This document shows positions 45,108 to 55,855 of a stretch of 64,000 nt of DNA, piece by piece. Made by a program: the position numbers and the translations under genes. This stretch comes from Selaginella moellendorffii (lineage: Eukaryota; Plantae; Lycopodiophyta), in contig NW_003314289.1 in assembly GCF_000143415.4 (NCBI RefSeq), positions 628,292 through 692,291 of the forward strand, read 5' to 3'. How positions within the stretch are numbered: position 1 is the stretch's first letter; each line of letters opens with the position of its first letter. The notes beneath the pieces were generated by a model. The model was given only the letters and a program-made list of their open reading frames with translations. It searched no databases and was not told where the DNA came from.

Positions 45108-46349
45108 ATGGCAAAGGCAGGGCGGAAACGAACTAAGGCGGAGACGGAACCTCCTCTAGAGCTGGAGCCTCCGGTTGAACAAGAGGCTATGGATGAGGAA
45201 TCCTTGCATGAGGAGGACTCTAGTGAGGAAACTTCCAAACAGGAGTCCGGTGGCGAGGTGTGGTCGTCCAAGGCTCGATTGGACGTTTTAGAAGGACAAT
45301 TGGCACAGACCAATGCCCTACTGGAGACTCTCGTACGCAAGCTAAAGCGTGACGAGAAGCGGAAGAAAAAGCGAAAGACTACGGATGCTAACAGCACAGA
45401 AGGTGTGGACCCTTTGGTAGGGATTGAGGCAAAACCAAACAAGGTCGAACAGACCGAAGTGGAATCAGTCCCTCAGGCAGTTACCAAATACAAACCAAAG
45501 CCCCCACCGGTCTTCAAGGGAGTGAACGACTATAAGGTGGTGGAGGATTTGTTTTATGATATAGAGGACTACTTCCGAGCGTTGCGGTTACCGAGCTTGG
45601 AGAAGGTCCCATGTGCAAAACCATACTTGCCAGATAATGCCAAGTCTTGGTGGAGAACGACGGAGGCCAACGAAGGATCGGTGGCCACTTGGGACATGAT
45701 GAAGGCGAGGATCCGCGTGACTTATGTTCCTCCGAATGTTACTTTGCATCTAAGAGACGAGCTGAGTAGGCTGAAGCAGACCGGAACCATTCAAGAGTAT
45801 GTGAATAGGTTTATGGCAAAGAGGATACTTGTCATGGACATAGGGGATATGGATGCGTTCCATGCCTTCATATCAGGCTTGCAAACCTGGGCTCGCGGCG
45901 AGGTGATGCGTTGGAACCCGACCAATTACAAAGAAGCGTTGGATGCAGCTATCAAGGTGCATTTCAACGATAACCTACGAAAGGGGAACACGACGGGGTC
46001 GGGGTCCACATTTAGCAAAAGGGCTAAACCAAGGGGAACATATAGCAAAGGGAAATTCAAGAAGAGTTTCTCTAAGAATGAGTCTTTGGGGTTTCGGAAA
46101 GGCAAATCCAGCGGCCAGCGAGCAAGTACGTGGGGGAGTCAAGCAAAAAGAGACAAACCTACGAATAAGAAGGTCAAGTCGTTTAGCAACATGGGAAACA
46201 ACGTATGCTACAACTGCGGTGAAGCGGGACACTTTTTGAGGGAATGTCCTTACACAAAGAAAGCCAAAGCCAATATAGCCATTAAGTTGGGTGAAGTCCA
46301 AATTGAGGTATGTGATCCAATCCCTAGCTCAAAGTTACTCATTACATGA
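45108..46349 (+). CDS. gag: Gag of gypsy family E (open 413 aa, CCHC knuckle)
   Basis: KPPPVFKG...AKSWW...LSRLKQTGTIQEYVNRF and CYNCGEAGHFLREC. Related to the family A gag. Confidence 0.9.
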   Translation: MAKAGRKRTKAETEPPLELEPPVEQEAMDEESLHEEDSSEETSKQESGGEVWSSKARLDVLEGQLAQTNALLETLVRKLKRDEKRKKKRKTTDANSTEGVDPLVGIEAKPNKVEQTEVESVPQAVTKYKPKPPPVFKGVNDYKVVEDLFYDIEDYFRALRLPSLEKVPCAKPYLPDNAKSWWRTTEANEGSVATWDMMKARIRVTYVPPNVTLHLRDELSRLKQTGTIQEYVNRFMAKRILVMDIGDMDAFHAFISGLQTWARGEVMRWNPTNYKEALDAAIKVHFNDNLRKGNTTGSGSTFSKRAKPRGTYSKGKFKKSFSKNESLGFRKGKSSGQRASTWGSQAKRDKPTNKKVKSFSNMGNNVCYNCGEAGHFLRECPYTKKAKANIAIKLGEVQIEVCDPIPSSKLLIT

Positions 46350-46878
46350 GCAACTTTGGTAGAGAGTCGTTCGCGACATCTACTAGCCCTCCGAGGGAAG
46401 CTCAGAGGTAGCTTTGTTAAGATCCTTATTGACACGGGTGCTTCGGATAATTTTGTGGCTGCAGACATAGTCCGGCAAGCCGGACTAACGGTGTAGCGGC
46501 TAGGCAAACCAAGGACTATAGAGTTTGTTCAAGGTAGCTAAAGCACCAATGAGGTACTTCGACAAGCGAGAGTCGAAGTAGAGACTTGGAAACTAGACAT
46601 GGATTTCACCGTGTTGGACATGGCGGGATTTGATGTGATCTTCGGGATGGATTGGTTCAGTCGGTTTGTGATAGCCCTGCATGGACAAGGTAGGAACCTT
46701 GTGGTACTAGCGAATGCCCAAGGAAGAAGATTCAGGGTGGAGGCCCAAGATCTAAAGGTAGGGCAATGCAAGGCCAAAGATTCCTGCTTAAACCTGGTGT
46801 CCACGAAAGGACAACTCACTAAAGGGACCAAGGCTTCATTTTTGTGTTTACTCTTGGTGAAGAGTGACAAAAAGATAG
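46350..46878 (+). pseudogene. Aspartic protease region of family E, in frame with gag, with stops, truncated at the junction with Cassandra
   Basis: ILIDTGASDNFV...FDVIFGMDWF with in-frame TAG and TAA. It joins the Cassandra interior at GAACGGAAGC (46879). Confidence 0.85.
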
Positions 46879-47231
46879 GAACGGAAGCTGAGAGCCACAG
46901 CTTTCCCGAGAGCCCCGCTCTCTTGACACCCTACCCCTCGGGTTGAGCCCAGCAGGAGTAAAATGGACCAGCCAGATGTCAATCAACATGGGGTGTGATT
47001 CCTTTAGCCAACCAACAAAGTCGGACCTAAGACCGCTCTGATACCAAATGTAAGCTCCTGAGTTTAGACTTCCAGGGAGGTCACCCAACCCAGTATTATT
47101 CAAATCCAAGGACCCTTAACCCCAAATATCCCAAGACCCTTAATCGATTGGAAAAGGGGGTGCACTCTTATTCATGGGCCCTTTCCCTCTATATTTGAAC
47201 CCCTGGACTGTCTATCAAGTCGTTCTCTTTG
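46879..47231 (-). mobile_element. Partial Cassandra-type unit (interior plus LTR 47049-47231)
   Basis: Repeat of 42836-43191 type sequence, including the PBS (GCTCTGATACCA on the plus strand) and the 5S-like block. Confidence 0.9.
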
Positions 47232-47727
47232 TCATTTCGGTCATGCTTTCGGGGATCCTTTAGCCTACGACATCTCGAGGAGTTGGTTCCTTACAGCCGG
47301 CTCTTGAACACTTCAACAAGCTACCCGCTTATCGGTCCATATTCACTCTAGCCTTGGACTTCGCAATGGTTATCTCATCACCCAACATCTAGTTACAACA
47401 TTCCTAGGCCAAACTGGCCTTTTCTTGCCAAACTGGCTCCACTAGGGTCCAATCCCCATACTCTCCCTACTATACTTTTGGAACCCCTTGCAGCCCCCCC
47501 ACCCCCCGGGAGATGATCACTTTGGGCTTTCACCCAATAGCTTGTATTAGTATTCAGACTCGAACTCAAACTTGGACTTGGACTCGGTCTCAGTCTCAGT
47601 CTCAGTCTCGGACTCTGTCTTAGTCATGGTCTTGGTCTTGGTCTTGGTCTTGGTGTTAGTCTTGGTCTTGGTTCCATCTTGGACTCCATCTCGGTCTCAA
47701 TTTTAGTTCCATCTCGGACTCCATCTT

Positions 47728-47823
47728 TGTTAGGCACCAGGTCAGAATAATGCAAGGGCCCTGCAATAAAGTGATCACCCCTTTAGCCAGTTGGCTTAGG
47801 GTGTAAGGGATAGGATCCTAACA
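47728..47823. mobile_element. 96-bp solo LTR-like insertion in the B3 5' LTR microsatellite
   Basis: TGTTAGG...CCTAACA terminal inverted repeats, TSD ATCTT/ATCTC, contains AATAAA. Confidence 0.75.
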
Positions 47824-48421
47824 ATCTCAGACTCCATTTCAGGTCTATTTTAAACTCCATCTTGAGTCCATCTCAGGTCCATTTCGGACTCCATCTCGGA
47901 CTCCATCTCGAGTCCATCTCAGGTCCATCTCGGATTCCATCTCAAGTCTATTTCAAGTTTATTTTAGCCTCCATCTCGGTCCTTCATTAGGAGTTCCACT
48001 CTTACTCTCGACTTTTCGAGTCTCAGCTTTTTAGTCCAAACATGTTACTCTTGTTTGGCTTTTGCTTTAACCACTACCATGTGGCACCCTTTCAACTCCA
48101 CTTTTGGGGCTTTGGGATTTATGTTTCACACATAGAACCTTTGATATTTTGACCTTACGGGGTTTTTATACAACCATTTAAAATATTCCAAGAATTAAAA
48201 TACTCTCTCTCTCTCTCTCAAGATGCCCATGGCTGCAATAGTAGGAGGATGGAAGCTTGCTAATGGGCCTGTAGGAAAACAAGTATATATTAATTGAGAG
48301 GTAGGAAAATTGGAAAGCATTGTTAACAACTTTAAATATTGCTGAAGATGGAACTAGTGAATTTGGGGTCGACATTGGCATAACTTTTCCACTTAAACTG
48401 AAAAAAGAAAGAGGATGATAA

Positions 48422-51266
48422 CTTAACTTCCTTATGCCATTAAGAAGTCTTGGGTAGCTACCTGCTACAAGTTTAACCGATTATTTTGCACCTTTTGCTT
48501 AGTTGCCTTATAGTTGTCAAGTCCTACAACTCATTGTTGGTTCTTCCACACTTCCATCATTATTTGGGTCACCACACTCTAATTACATGCCTTCCAGCTT
48601 AGGCTATGCCATTCCCATTTCTATTAGGATTCCTTTGGGAAGGGGTTCTCATGAACTTGCCAACTTACTTTAAGGCATCACACCTTGGCACATTCGGTGT
48701 CTCCACACCATCGGCTTCACAAACCTACCTTTATAACACTTTTTACTTGTGTCTAGATCCTTGCCAAAACCAATACAGTTCTTTCTTATGCCAACTATTC
48801 ATTAGCACTGCACCATAGAGTTTACTCACAACTTTGTGTCAAAGTTCTTTTCTTCTGGGAACACCTTCCCCACAACTTTAGTATGGCACATTCTGCCATC
48901 AATGAGATACTCACTGTTCTCATACTTAGATTCTATAATCCTCCCCAACCTTCGTGGGGCACAACACACCTTAGTCCAAATGCTTTTAACAATCCCTTAG
49001 GACCATTCTTGACTCTACTTGAGTCATTTAGCATTTTTGGATTTTAAAATCTAATGACCTATAAAGTTTTATTTGAGGTGCCAGTCCGCTGAAATACAAC
49101 TTCTTGTATTCATGTCCTACTCACAAAGACCATCTTTGCAAATGTCACTCCAACACTTGATTTTTTTCCCTAGGGCAACCTTTACCCTTTGGACTACTTG
49201 TCCATGTGACGAGAATACCAACTCATCCTTTAAGTACACCCCCAATTCCTTGGGTTGTTCCAGCATTTATCAAGGGTAGCCTCGGTTACCATTTTAAGGA
49301 CTTGTGTCCTCTTCCATATTTGACTTTCCACAGTCATTAATTTTGGTCTCAAATTCATGAGCACCAACCTCAACTATATGAGGATAATCTCATGACTCCT
49401 TTATGGTTTTGGAGTCTTTATTTTTCCTGTGATCCCTGCTATAGTTGTTTACCACAACTACATTAGCTAGTTTGCTGAGTCAAACGTTCATCTGAATCAC
49501 ATCCTCAACTTTTGAGGAAAACCTTATACTGTTCCCAAGATCCCAAAGTTGTTCCATTATTGGCCCTTTTCTATCCACCACCTTACCTACCAGTTCACAC
49601 ATGAACTATAGTGGAGAGCCATGTCTTTCCGACCTACTACTCCTCACAGATAGGCCCACTTCTAGGACCTTCCGATGCTAACACCAGTGGTGATATACTT
49701 GAGCACCAATAAAAGTTGGACTAAGGAACAGCTCTGATACCAAATTGTAAGCGACTAAATTTTCCATTCTACTTTAGTCACTTAACCACACCTCCGACCA
49801 CTTGGAGGAGTCTCATTCACAACCTCCATAAGTCCTATTTTGGACTTGGGGATTTGCTAGCCCCAAGAATGACATCTATGCCACTCAACCATTGCACTTG
49901 GTCCAAGTGCTCCATGTGTCTGGTCCCAAGACCGACACCCCAAGGTACCACCGACATATCAGCCCGTTACGCTAAGGCCATGCCCCTTTACCTTAGTCAT
50001 ACGGGTGGTCTAATACCACCTACATCACAGTTCTATCTCTCAAAGATTGGGCCATCCATCCATGAGTGATCATCCTGGATCCACTCCTTAGCATCTTAAC
50101 ATGCCCGCAGGCATGGGGAATAGCCTTCCCCAATATCCCTTTCTAGTCCTCACTAAGACCCTTTCTATCCATGGCCGTGTTCGCTATCATTGCCACTAGA
50201 TCAAGGCCCACTTGGTCTCTACACTAGAGGACTGCTCCTCTTCCTTTTCATAGTCTAAGACTTTGGGACAACATTTCGAAACACCGTGGCCTTACCTAAG
50301 CCTTGTGGGTACTCTCCCTGCCTTCTGCCTTTGGGTGCTCTAGCCATGGGCTTAGAGCGAGGTTCTATTGAGCCATGCCAGGTATCCAAGTAGGTAGTGC
50401 CACCCACACTTGGATTGGGAGCATTGACCATTTGATCTCCCGGGGGAATTAGAGCCGGCTCTTGAACACTTCACCAAGCTACCCTGCTTATCGGTCCGTA
50501 TTCACTCTAGCATTGGACTTCCTAGTGGTTATCTCATCACCCAACATCTGGGTATAGCCTTCCTAGGCCAAACTGGCCTTTTCTGGCCAAACTGGCTCCA
50601 CTGGAGTCCTCCCCCTACTATACTTTTGGATCTCACCAAACCCCTCAGGGTCTGGGAGACAACCGCTTTGGGCTTTCACCCTCTCAAACTCGAACTCAGA
50701 CTCGGACTCGGACTCAGACTCGGACTCGAGCTTGGGCTTGGTCTCGGCCTCAGCCTTGGTCTCGATCTCGGTCCCAGTCCCGGTCTCGGTCTCGGTCTCA
50801 GTCTCGGTCTCAGTCTCGACTTCGGACTCCATCTCAGGTCCTTCTCGGACTCCATCTCGGATTCCATCTTGGATTCCATCTCGGGTCCATCTCGGACTCC
50901 ATCTCGGGTCCATCTCAGACTCCATCTCGGACTCCATCTCAGACTCCATCTCAGACTCCATCTCGAACTCCATCTCGGGTCCATCTCGGACTCCATCTTG
51001 GGTCCATCTTAGACTCCATCTCAGGTCCATCTCAGACTCTATCTCGGGTCCATCTCGGACTCCATCTTGGGTCCCTCTCGGACTCACTTATTGCTTGCTT
51101 TGTGCTTTTTTCTCGAGCCCTTCGTTGGGAGTTGCACTCCCGCTCTCAACCTTTCAAGTCGGAGCTTTTAGTCCAAACGTATTATACTCGTTTGGCTTTC
51201 GCTTTGGCCACTACCACGTGGCACACTTTTGGCTACATTTTGGGGCTTAGGGATTTGTGTCTCACA
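48422..51266 (-). mobile_element. Family B copy B4 (5' LTR plus ~1.3 kb of interior, 3'-truncated)
   Basis: LTR 49746-51266 (plus strand TGTAAGCGAC...GTCTCACA) and PBS reverse complement GCTCTGATACCA at 49731-49742. The interior matches 23017-24350. Confidence 0.9.
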
Positions 51267-51269
51267 TTG

Positions 51270-52700
51270 TGTTGGGTGGATTCATTTTCAGCAATAGAGT
51301 AGCAAAGTTTTGTGGTTTTAGAGATTCAGTTTTTGGAGCATTTTGAGCTGATCTTCATATAGAGCTACATGATGGTAGAGTTGGAGGTTTATAAGATGCA
51401 GCCCAAAGAGTCCATCCATGATTACAACTACCACTTCAAAAAGTATCTGAGCAGTTTAACGTTGCTTGCTCTAGTGCTTGAGTCATCAAGCCCTATGTTG
51501 ACTCTCTCAATCTAGCACTTAGGAGAAAAGTTCAAGGGAAGGGTCCAACTACTATAGAGCAAGCTATGGAGCAAGTAGTGCAAGTTGAGCACATAAGGTT
51601 GTTAGAGTAAGGAGCAATGGCATATAAGGAGAGTTGCCATATTGCACAATCATGACCACTACATCCATCACCCAAAGATTATATGTCTACTCTCACTCAG
51701 CTCCTCACAAATGTATTAGGAACTTTCTAAGACTCCATAAAAAAAATTGGTGAAAGGCTAAATTGAATCTTGGCCCACATCATAGTAATGACAACTTCCC
51801 TCAAACGAATGTTGGATATTGGCAATGGGGGAGAGGTGCACAACAGGAGGGATGCTATTAAGAACCTATTGGTCATGGTCAGAGATACAACAATGCTCCT
51901 CCACCACACTCATATCACAAGGTCAATGCTTCAACTGAGATGACAATATGACTTTTACAGGGATTTTGGGCATGAAGAGGACCAATGTTGGTTCAAGAGA
52001 GACTATCTAGCATATTTTGGATAGCCTCAAAGGTCACTTCCAGCTTTACAATAGGTTTTCCAGCAAAGGCTATTGCCAAATAAAGCTCTCTTGGTGAACT
52101 CATCGAGTGGTGGTGCATTCTCATCACAACAATACCAAGCTTTGCGGGATATGAAGGGGAAGGGCATAGTTAGTGATGTCAACTTATTTGGCTTCTCCTC
52201 CACTCCTAAGAACTTTTTGGATGACCACATTGGCTACAATGATGAAAGCAATGACTATATCAAGGGACAATGGCCATGGCTTGGAGAGCTCTCCCATGAG
52301 AACCCTAGCTTCTGGATGTTGGAGAAGGCTGGATGGGTTATAGGAATAGGGCTAGGATCACATGGTCAGGTCTAGTTTATCTAGTTGAGTCCACCACAAT
52401 CATCGGCCATCAAGGAGTTGGCACAGAAACAATATTCAGCAAGTTTCAAGATGTTATGGAGTTTGTAGAGGCGGATCATGGCTCTCAACCTCTCTTTGAT
52501 AGTTAGGTGGATGTAGTGACTTTCTTAAATGTTTCCCTTGCTATGACACATCGACAAACTCGTGAGAAGGAAATGCTCGATCAATCGGTTTCAATGCAAA
52601 CTAAAGTGGTATACAAAGATAAGATGTTGAGGACCGTAGTTTCTTTAAAGACAAGAGTAGAGCTAGAGCAATAGTCTCTCTCAACAACTCCAGATGTGGA
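51270..52700 (+). pseudogene. Highly degenerate retrotransposon gag remnant
   Basis: KMQPKESIHDYNYHFKKY (gag-like motif) and the knuckle remnant DFGHEEDQCW, with many stops. Confidence 0.5.
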
Positions 52701-53881
52701 AGATACACACATTCTGAGTTCTCCTATAACAACTTTGTTCATTCCTCTCTTCGAATTTCCCCCTTCTTTGCGAACTCTAGCCGAAATCCCCAATTCAATC
52801 TCTAACTTCCTTCTCTATCCGAATCCTCTCGTTCAAATCCCTACTTTGAGGCATTTGTCTCCACCTTCCAGGAAATCCACAATTCCATCTCCTTCCACCT
52901 CCATCATGCTCAAGAAGCTCACAAAACATTTGCCAATGTCCATCGTTAGGATTGTCCCCCTTACAATATCGGGGATAAAATCTGGCTCCTCAGGCAAAAT
53001 ATCTCCACCACCAGGCCCTGTCCAAAACTTGATTTCAAAGGCCTTGGTCCTTTCCCTATCACTGCTATCATTGATCCTGTCACTTATCGCCTTGCACTTC
53101 CCTCCTCATATATATTTCACACTGTTTTTCACTCCTCATTCCTTGAGCCTTCTATTCCTAGTCCTATTCCAAATTGGGTCATTCCTCCGCCTCCACCAGT
53201 GCAGCTTGAGGATGGGTCTAAGTACGAGGTTTAGGATGTCCTTGATTCCAAGATTTCACGGTCTAAACTCTACTATTTGGTCGACTGGAAGGGTTATAAA
53301 CCTGAGGAACGCACTTGGGAACCTGCAAACAACCTGATTCATTCTCCTGACCTTGTTCAAGACTTCCACCACCGCTATCCTTCTCGTCCCAGTCCTCATT
53401 CTTTTTCTCCATCTCCCATCTCTTGCCGCTCATCTCATCCTCCTCTTCGTTCTCGTTCACGTCCTCGTTCCACTCGTTCTTGAGGAGGGGGTGCTGTCAG
53501 GAATCCCCTAATTCTTGCCACATTCCTGACTCTCGCCGGATTCCTGACCTGCAGACCACATTCCTGACTCTCGAGACACTTCTCTATTCCTGACTCTCGA
53601 GACACTTCCCTATTCCTGACTCTCTGATTTCTTGTACGATTCCTGAGTCTCGAGCCACATTCCTGATGATGATGTGGCGCCTCCTCGACCTCAGTTATAT
53701 TTAGGCCGTCCTCGATCCAAAAGTGGTGGAGCTTCATCAACCTATAGTATATATAGGTTAGCCTTGTTCCATTTCTCCACAATCTGAATTAACGCCAGTC
53801 TAAGGCTTCTTTTTTGTTTCCACTAGCTTTTTTCTTTGTCTTTTGTATTTTCCAGTCTTGATCTTGCTAGGGGTCTTGACA
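52700..53881 (+). mobile_element. 3' end of family C chromovirus (integrase GPF module, chromodomain, PPT, 3' LTR 53495-53881)
   Basis: TTRPCPKLDFKGLGPFPI...YRLALP...VFH...KYEV*DVLDSK...LYYLVDWKGYKPEERTWEPANNLIHSPDLVQDFHHRYPSRP, followed by PPT GAGGAGGGGG. Confidence 0.9.
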
Positions 53882-54654
53882 ACACCATTTGATAGAGGAG
53901 GAAGTACTCAACACCAGTTGCCAATGCACTAGCAAAAGCACCAACTTTCACCAAGCGAGTCAAGTAGTTTGGAGGCAATAATGACATATTCATTGCCAAT
54001 AGCCACCCCATTTGATAAAATGTCACAAACTCAAATGAACAGGAAATTGCAATTGGCTTCAATTATCCTTCCATAGCATAAAAGGAGTATTATAAACTTG
54101 GCACCAAACATAACTATGCATATATCAAATAACATTATATCACATCTCCAGCCAAAAGAAAAACCTACGTAGTTTCTTGGTCATATGCCAATATCCTATA
54201 ATGCCCACCTAGAATATAAGAGTCATGATCATGGAGAAAGCATGGAATAAATATCGAAGGTACCACTAGCTGTAAATAATCATCAAGATTAGTCCCAAAG
54301 AAATAAAAAAGGTTGTCCTTAAAATAATATTGAGAATATAAATGCCAAAACAACAAGTCATCAAAAAGTAATGCAATATTCTCAAACCCCTTATAAAGCA
54401 TTTGGATCCATATTTCAACCTTTTAAACTTTATAAACTTTATCAAGAGAAGGTAAAGTTTGCTTTGCACCTTGTGGACACTGAACATCAAATACAGCAAC
54501 TGTTGATAGTACAAAATCCTCATTCAGAAAATCCACAAGTGCTGAAATAATAGGCTTGTCACGAATATGAAGAAATGAAAAGAGCTTGAGAAACAGTGTC
54601 AACATTAACTATAAAACTCCCTAAAAGATGAACAACCTTAAAATTATATATGCA

Positions 54655-55468
54655 CTTATGAACTTTAAAGTCCTATTGACAACTCCCCCAATTTTGGCAT
54701 ATCATATTTTAAGATTGTTCATCTTCTAGGGAGTTTTATGGTTAATGTTGACACTATTTCTCAAGCTCCTCTCATTTCTTCATATTCATGACAAGTCTAT
54801 TATTTTAGCATTTGTGGATTTTCTGAATAAGGATTTTGTACCGTCAACAGTTGTTGTATTTGATGTTCAATGTCCACAAGGTGCAAAGCAAACTTTACCT
54901 TCTCTTGATAAAGTTTATAAAGCTTAAAAGGTTGAAGTATGGATCCAAATGCTTTATAAGGGGTTTAAAAATACTGCATTACTTTTTGATGACTTGTTGT
55001 TTTGGCATTTACATTCTCAATATTATTTTAAGGACAACCTTTTTTATTTCTTTAGGACTAATCTTGATGATTATTTATAGCTAGTGGTACCTTCGATATT
55101 TATTCTATGCTTTCTCCATGATCATAACTCTTATATTCTAGGTAGGCATTATAGGATATTGCCATATGACCAAGAAACTACGTAGGTTTTTCTTTTGGCT
55201 GGAGATGTGATATAATGTTATTTGATATATGCATAGTTATGTTTGGTGCCAAATTTATAATACTCCTTTTATGCTATGGAAGGATAGTTAAAGCCAATTG
55301 CAATTTATTGTTCATTTGAGTTTGTGACATTTTATCAAATGGGGTGGCTATTGGCAATGAATATGTCATTATTGCCTCCAAACTACTTGACTCGCTTGGT
55401 GAAAGTTGGTGCTTTTGCTAGTGCATTGGCAACTGGTGTTGAGTACTTCCTCCTCTATCAAATGGTGT
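54655..55468 (+). pseudogene. Hypermutated RNase H-integrase fragment of the 7764-12773 family (mirror copy at 53882-54653, minus)
   Basis: VDFLNKDFVPSTVVVFDVQCPQGAKQTLPSLDKV versus intact VDFLDEDSVPSAVAVLDVQCPQGVKQDLPSLDEV. NYLTRLVKVGAFASALATGVEYFLL versus DYLTRWVEVGALASASATAVGYFLL. Confidence 0.92.
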
Positions 55469-55855
55469 TGTCAAGACCCCCAACAAGATCAAGACTGGAA
55501 AATACAAAAGACAAAGAAAAAAGCTAGTGGAAACAAAAAAGAAGCCTTAAATTGGCATTAATTCAGATTGTGGAGAAATGGAACAAGGCTAACCTATATA
55601 TACTATAGGTTGATGAAGCTCCACCACTTTTGGATCGAGGACGGCCTAAATATAGTTGAGGTTGAGGAGGCGCCACATCATCATCAGGAATGTGGCTTGA
55701 GACTCAGGAATCGTACAAGAAATCAAAGAGTCAGGAATAGGGAAGTGTCTCGAGAGTCAGGAATAGAGAAGTGTCTCGAGAGTCAGGAATATGGTCTGCA
55801 GGTCAGGAATCCAGCGAGAGTCAGGAATGTGGCAAGAATTAGGGGATTCCTGACA
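55469..55855 (-). repeat. Family C LTR, mirror copy within the inverted repeat
   Basis: Reverse complement of 53495-53881. Confidence 0.92.

Larger units (their letters stand above)
42608..47295 (-). mobile_element. Chimeric retroelement D (Cassandra-type TRIM units fused to pieces of gypsy-type elements), integrated as one unit
   Basis: Plus-strand termini TGTAAGCTCC...TTCCTTACA. TSD GCCGA/GCCGG (42603-42607 and 47296-47300). The host B LTR resumes exactly on both sides. Confidence 0.85.
29670..48130 (-). mobile_element. Family B copy B3, expanded to 18.5 kb by four nested insertions
   Basis: TSD CATAG (29665-29669 and 48131-48135). 3' LTR 29670-30691, interior 30692-35020, PBS (reverse complement GCTCTAATACCA) at 35006-35017. 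The 5' LTR is split into 35021-35534, 42298-42607 and 47296-48130. Confidence 0.9.
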
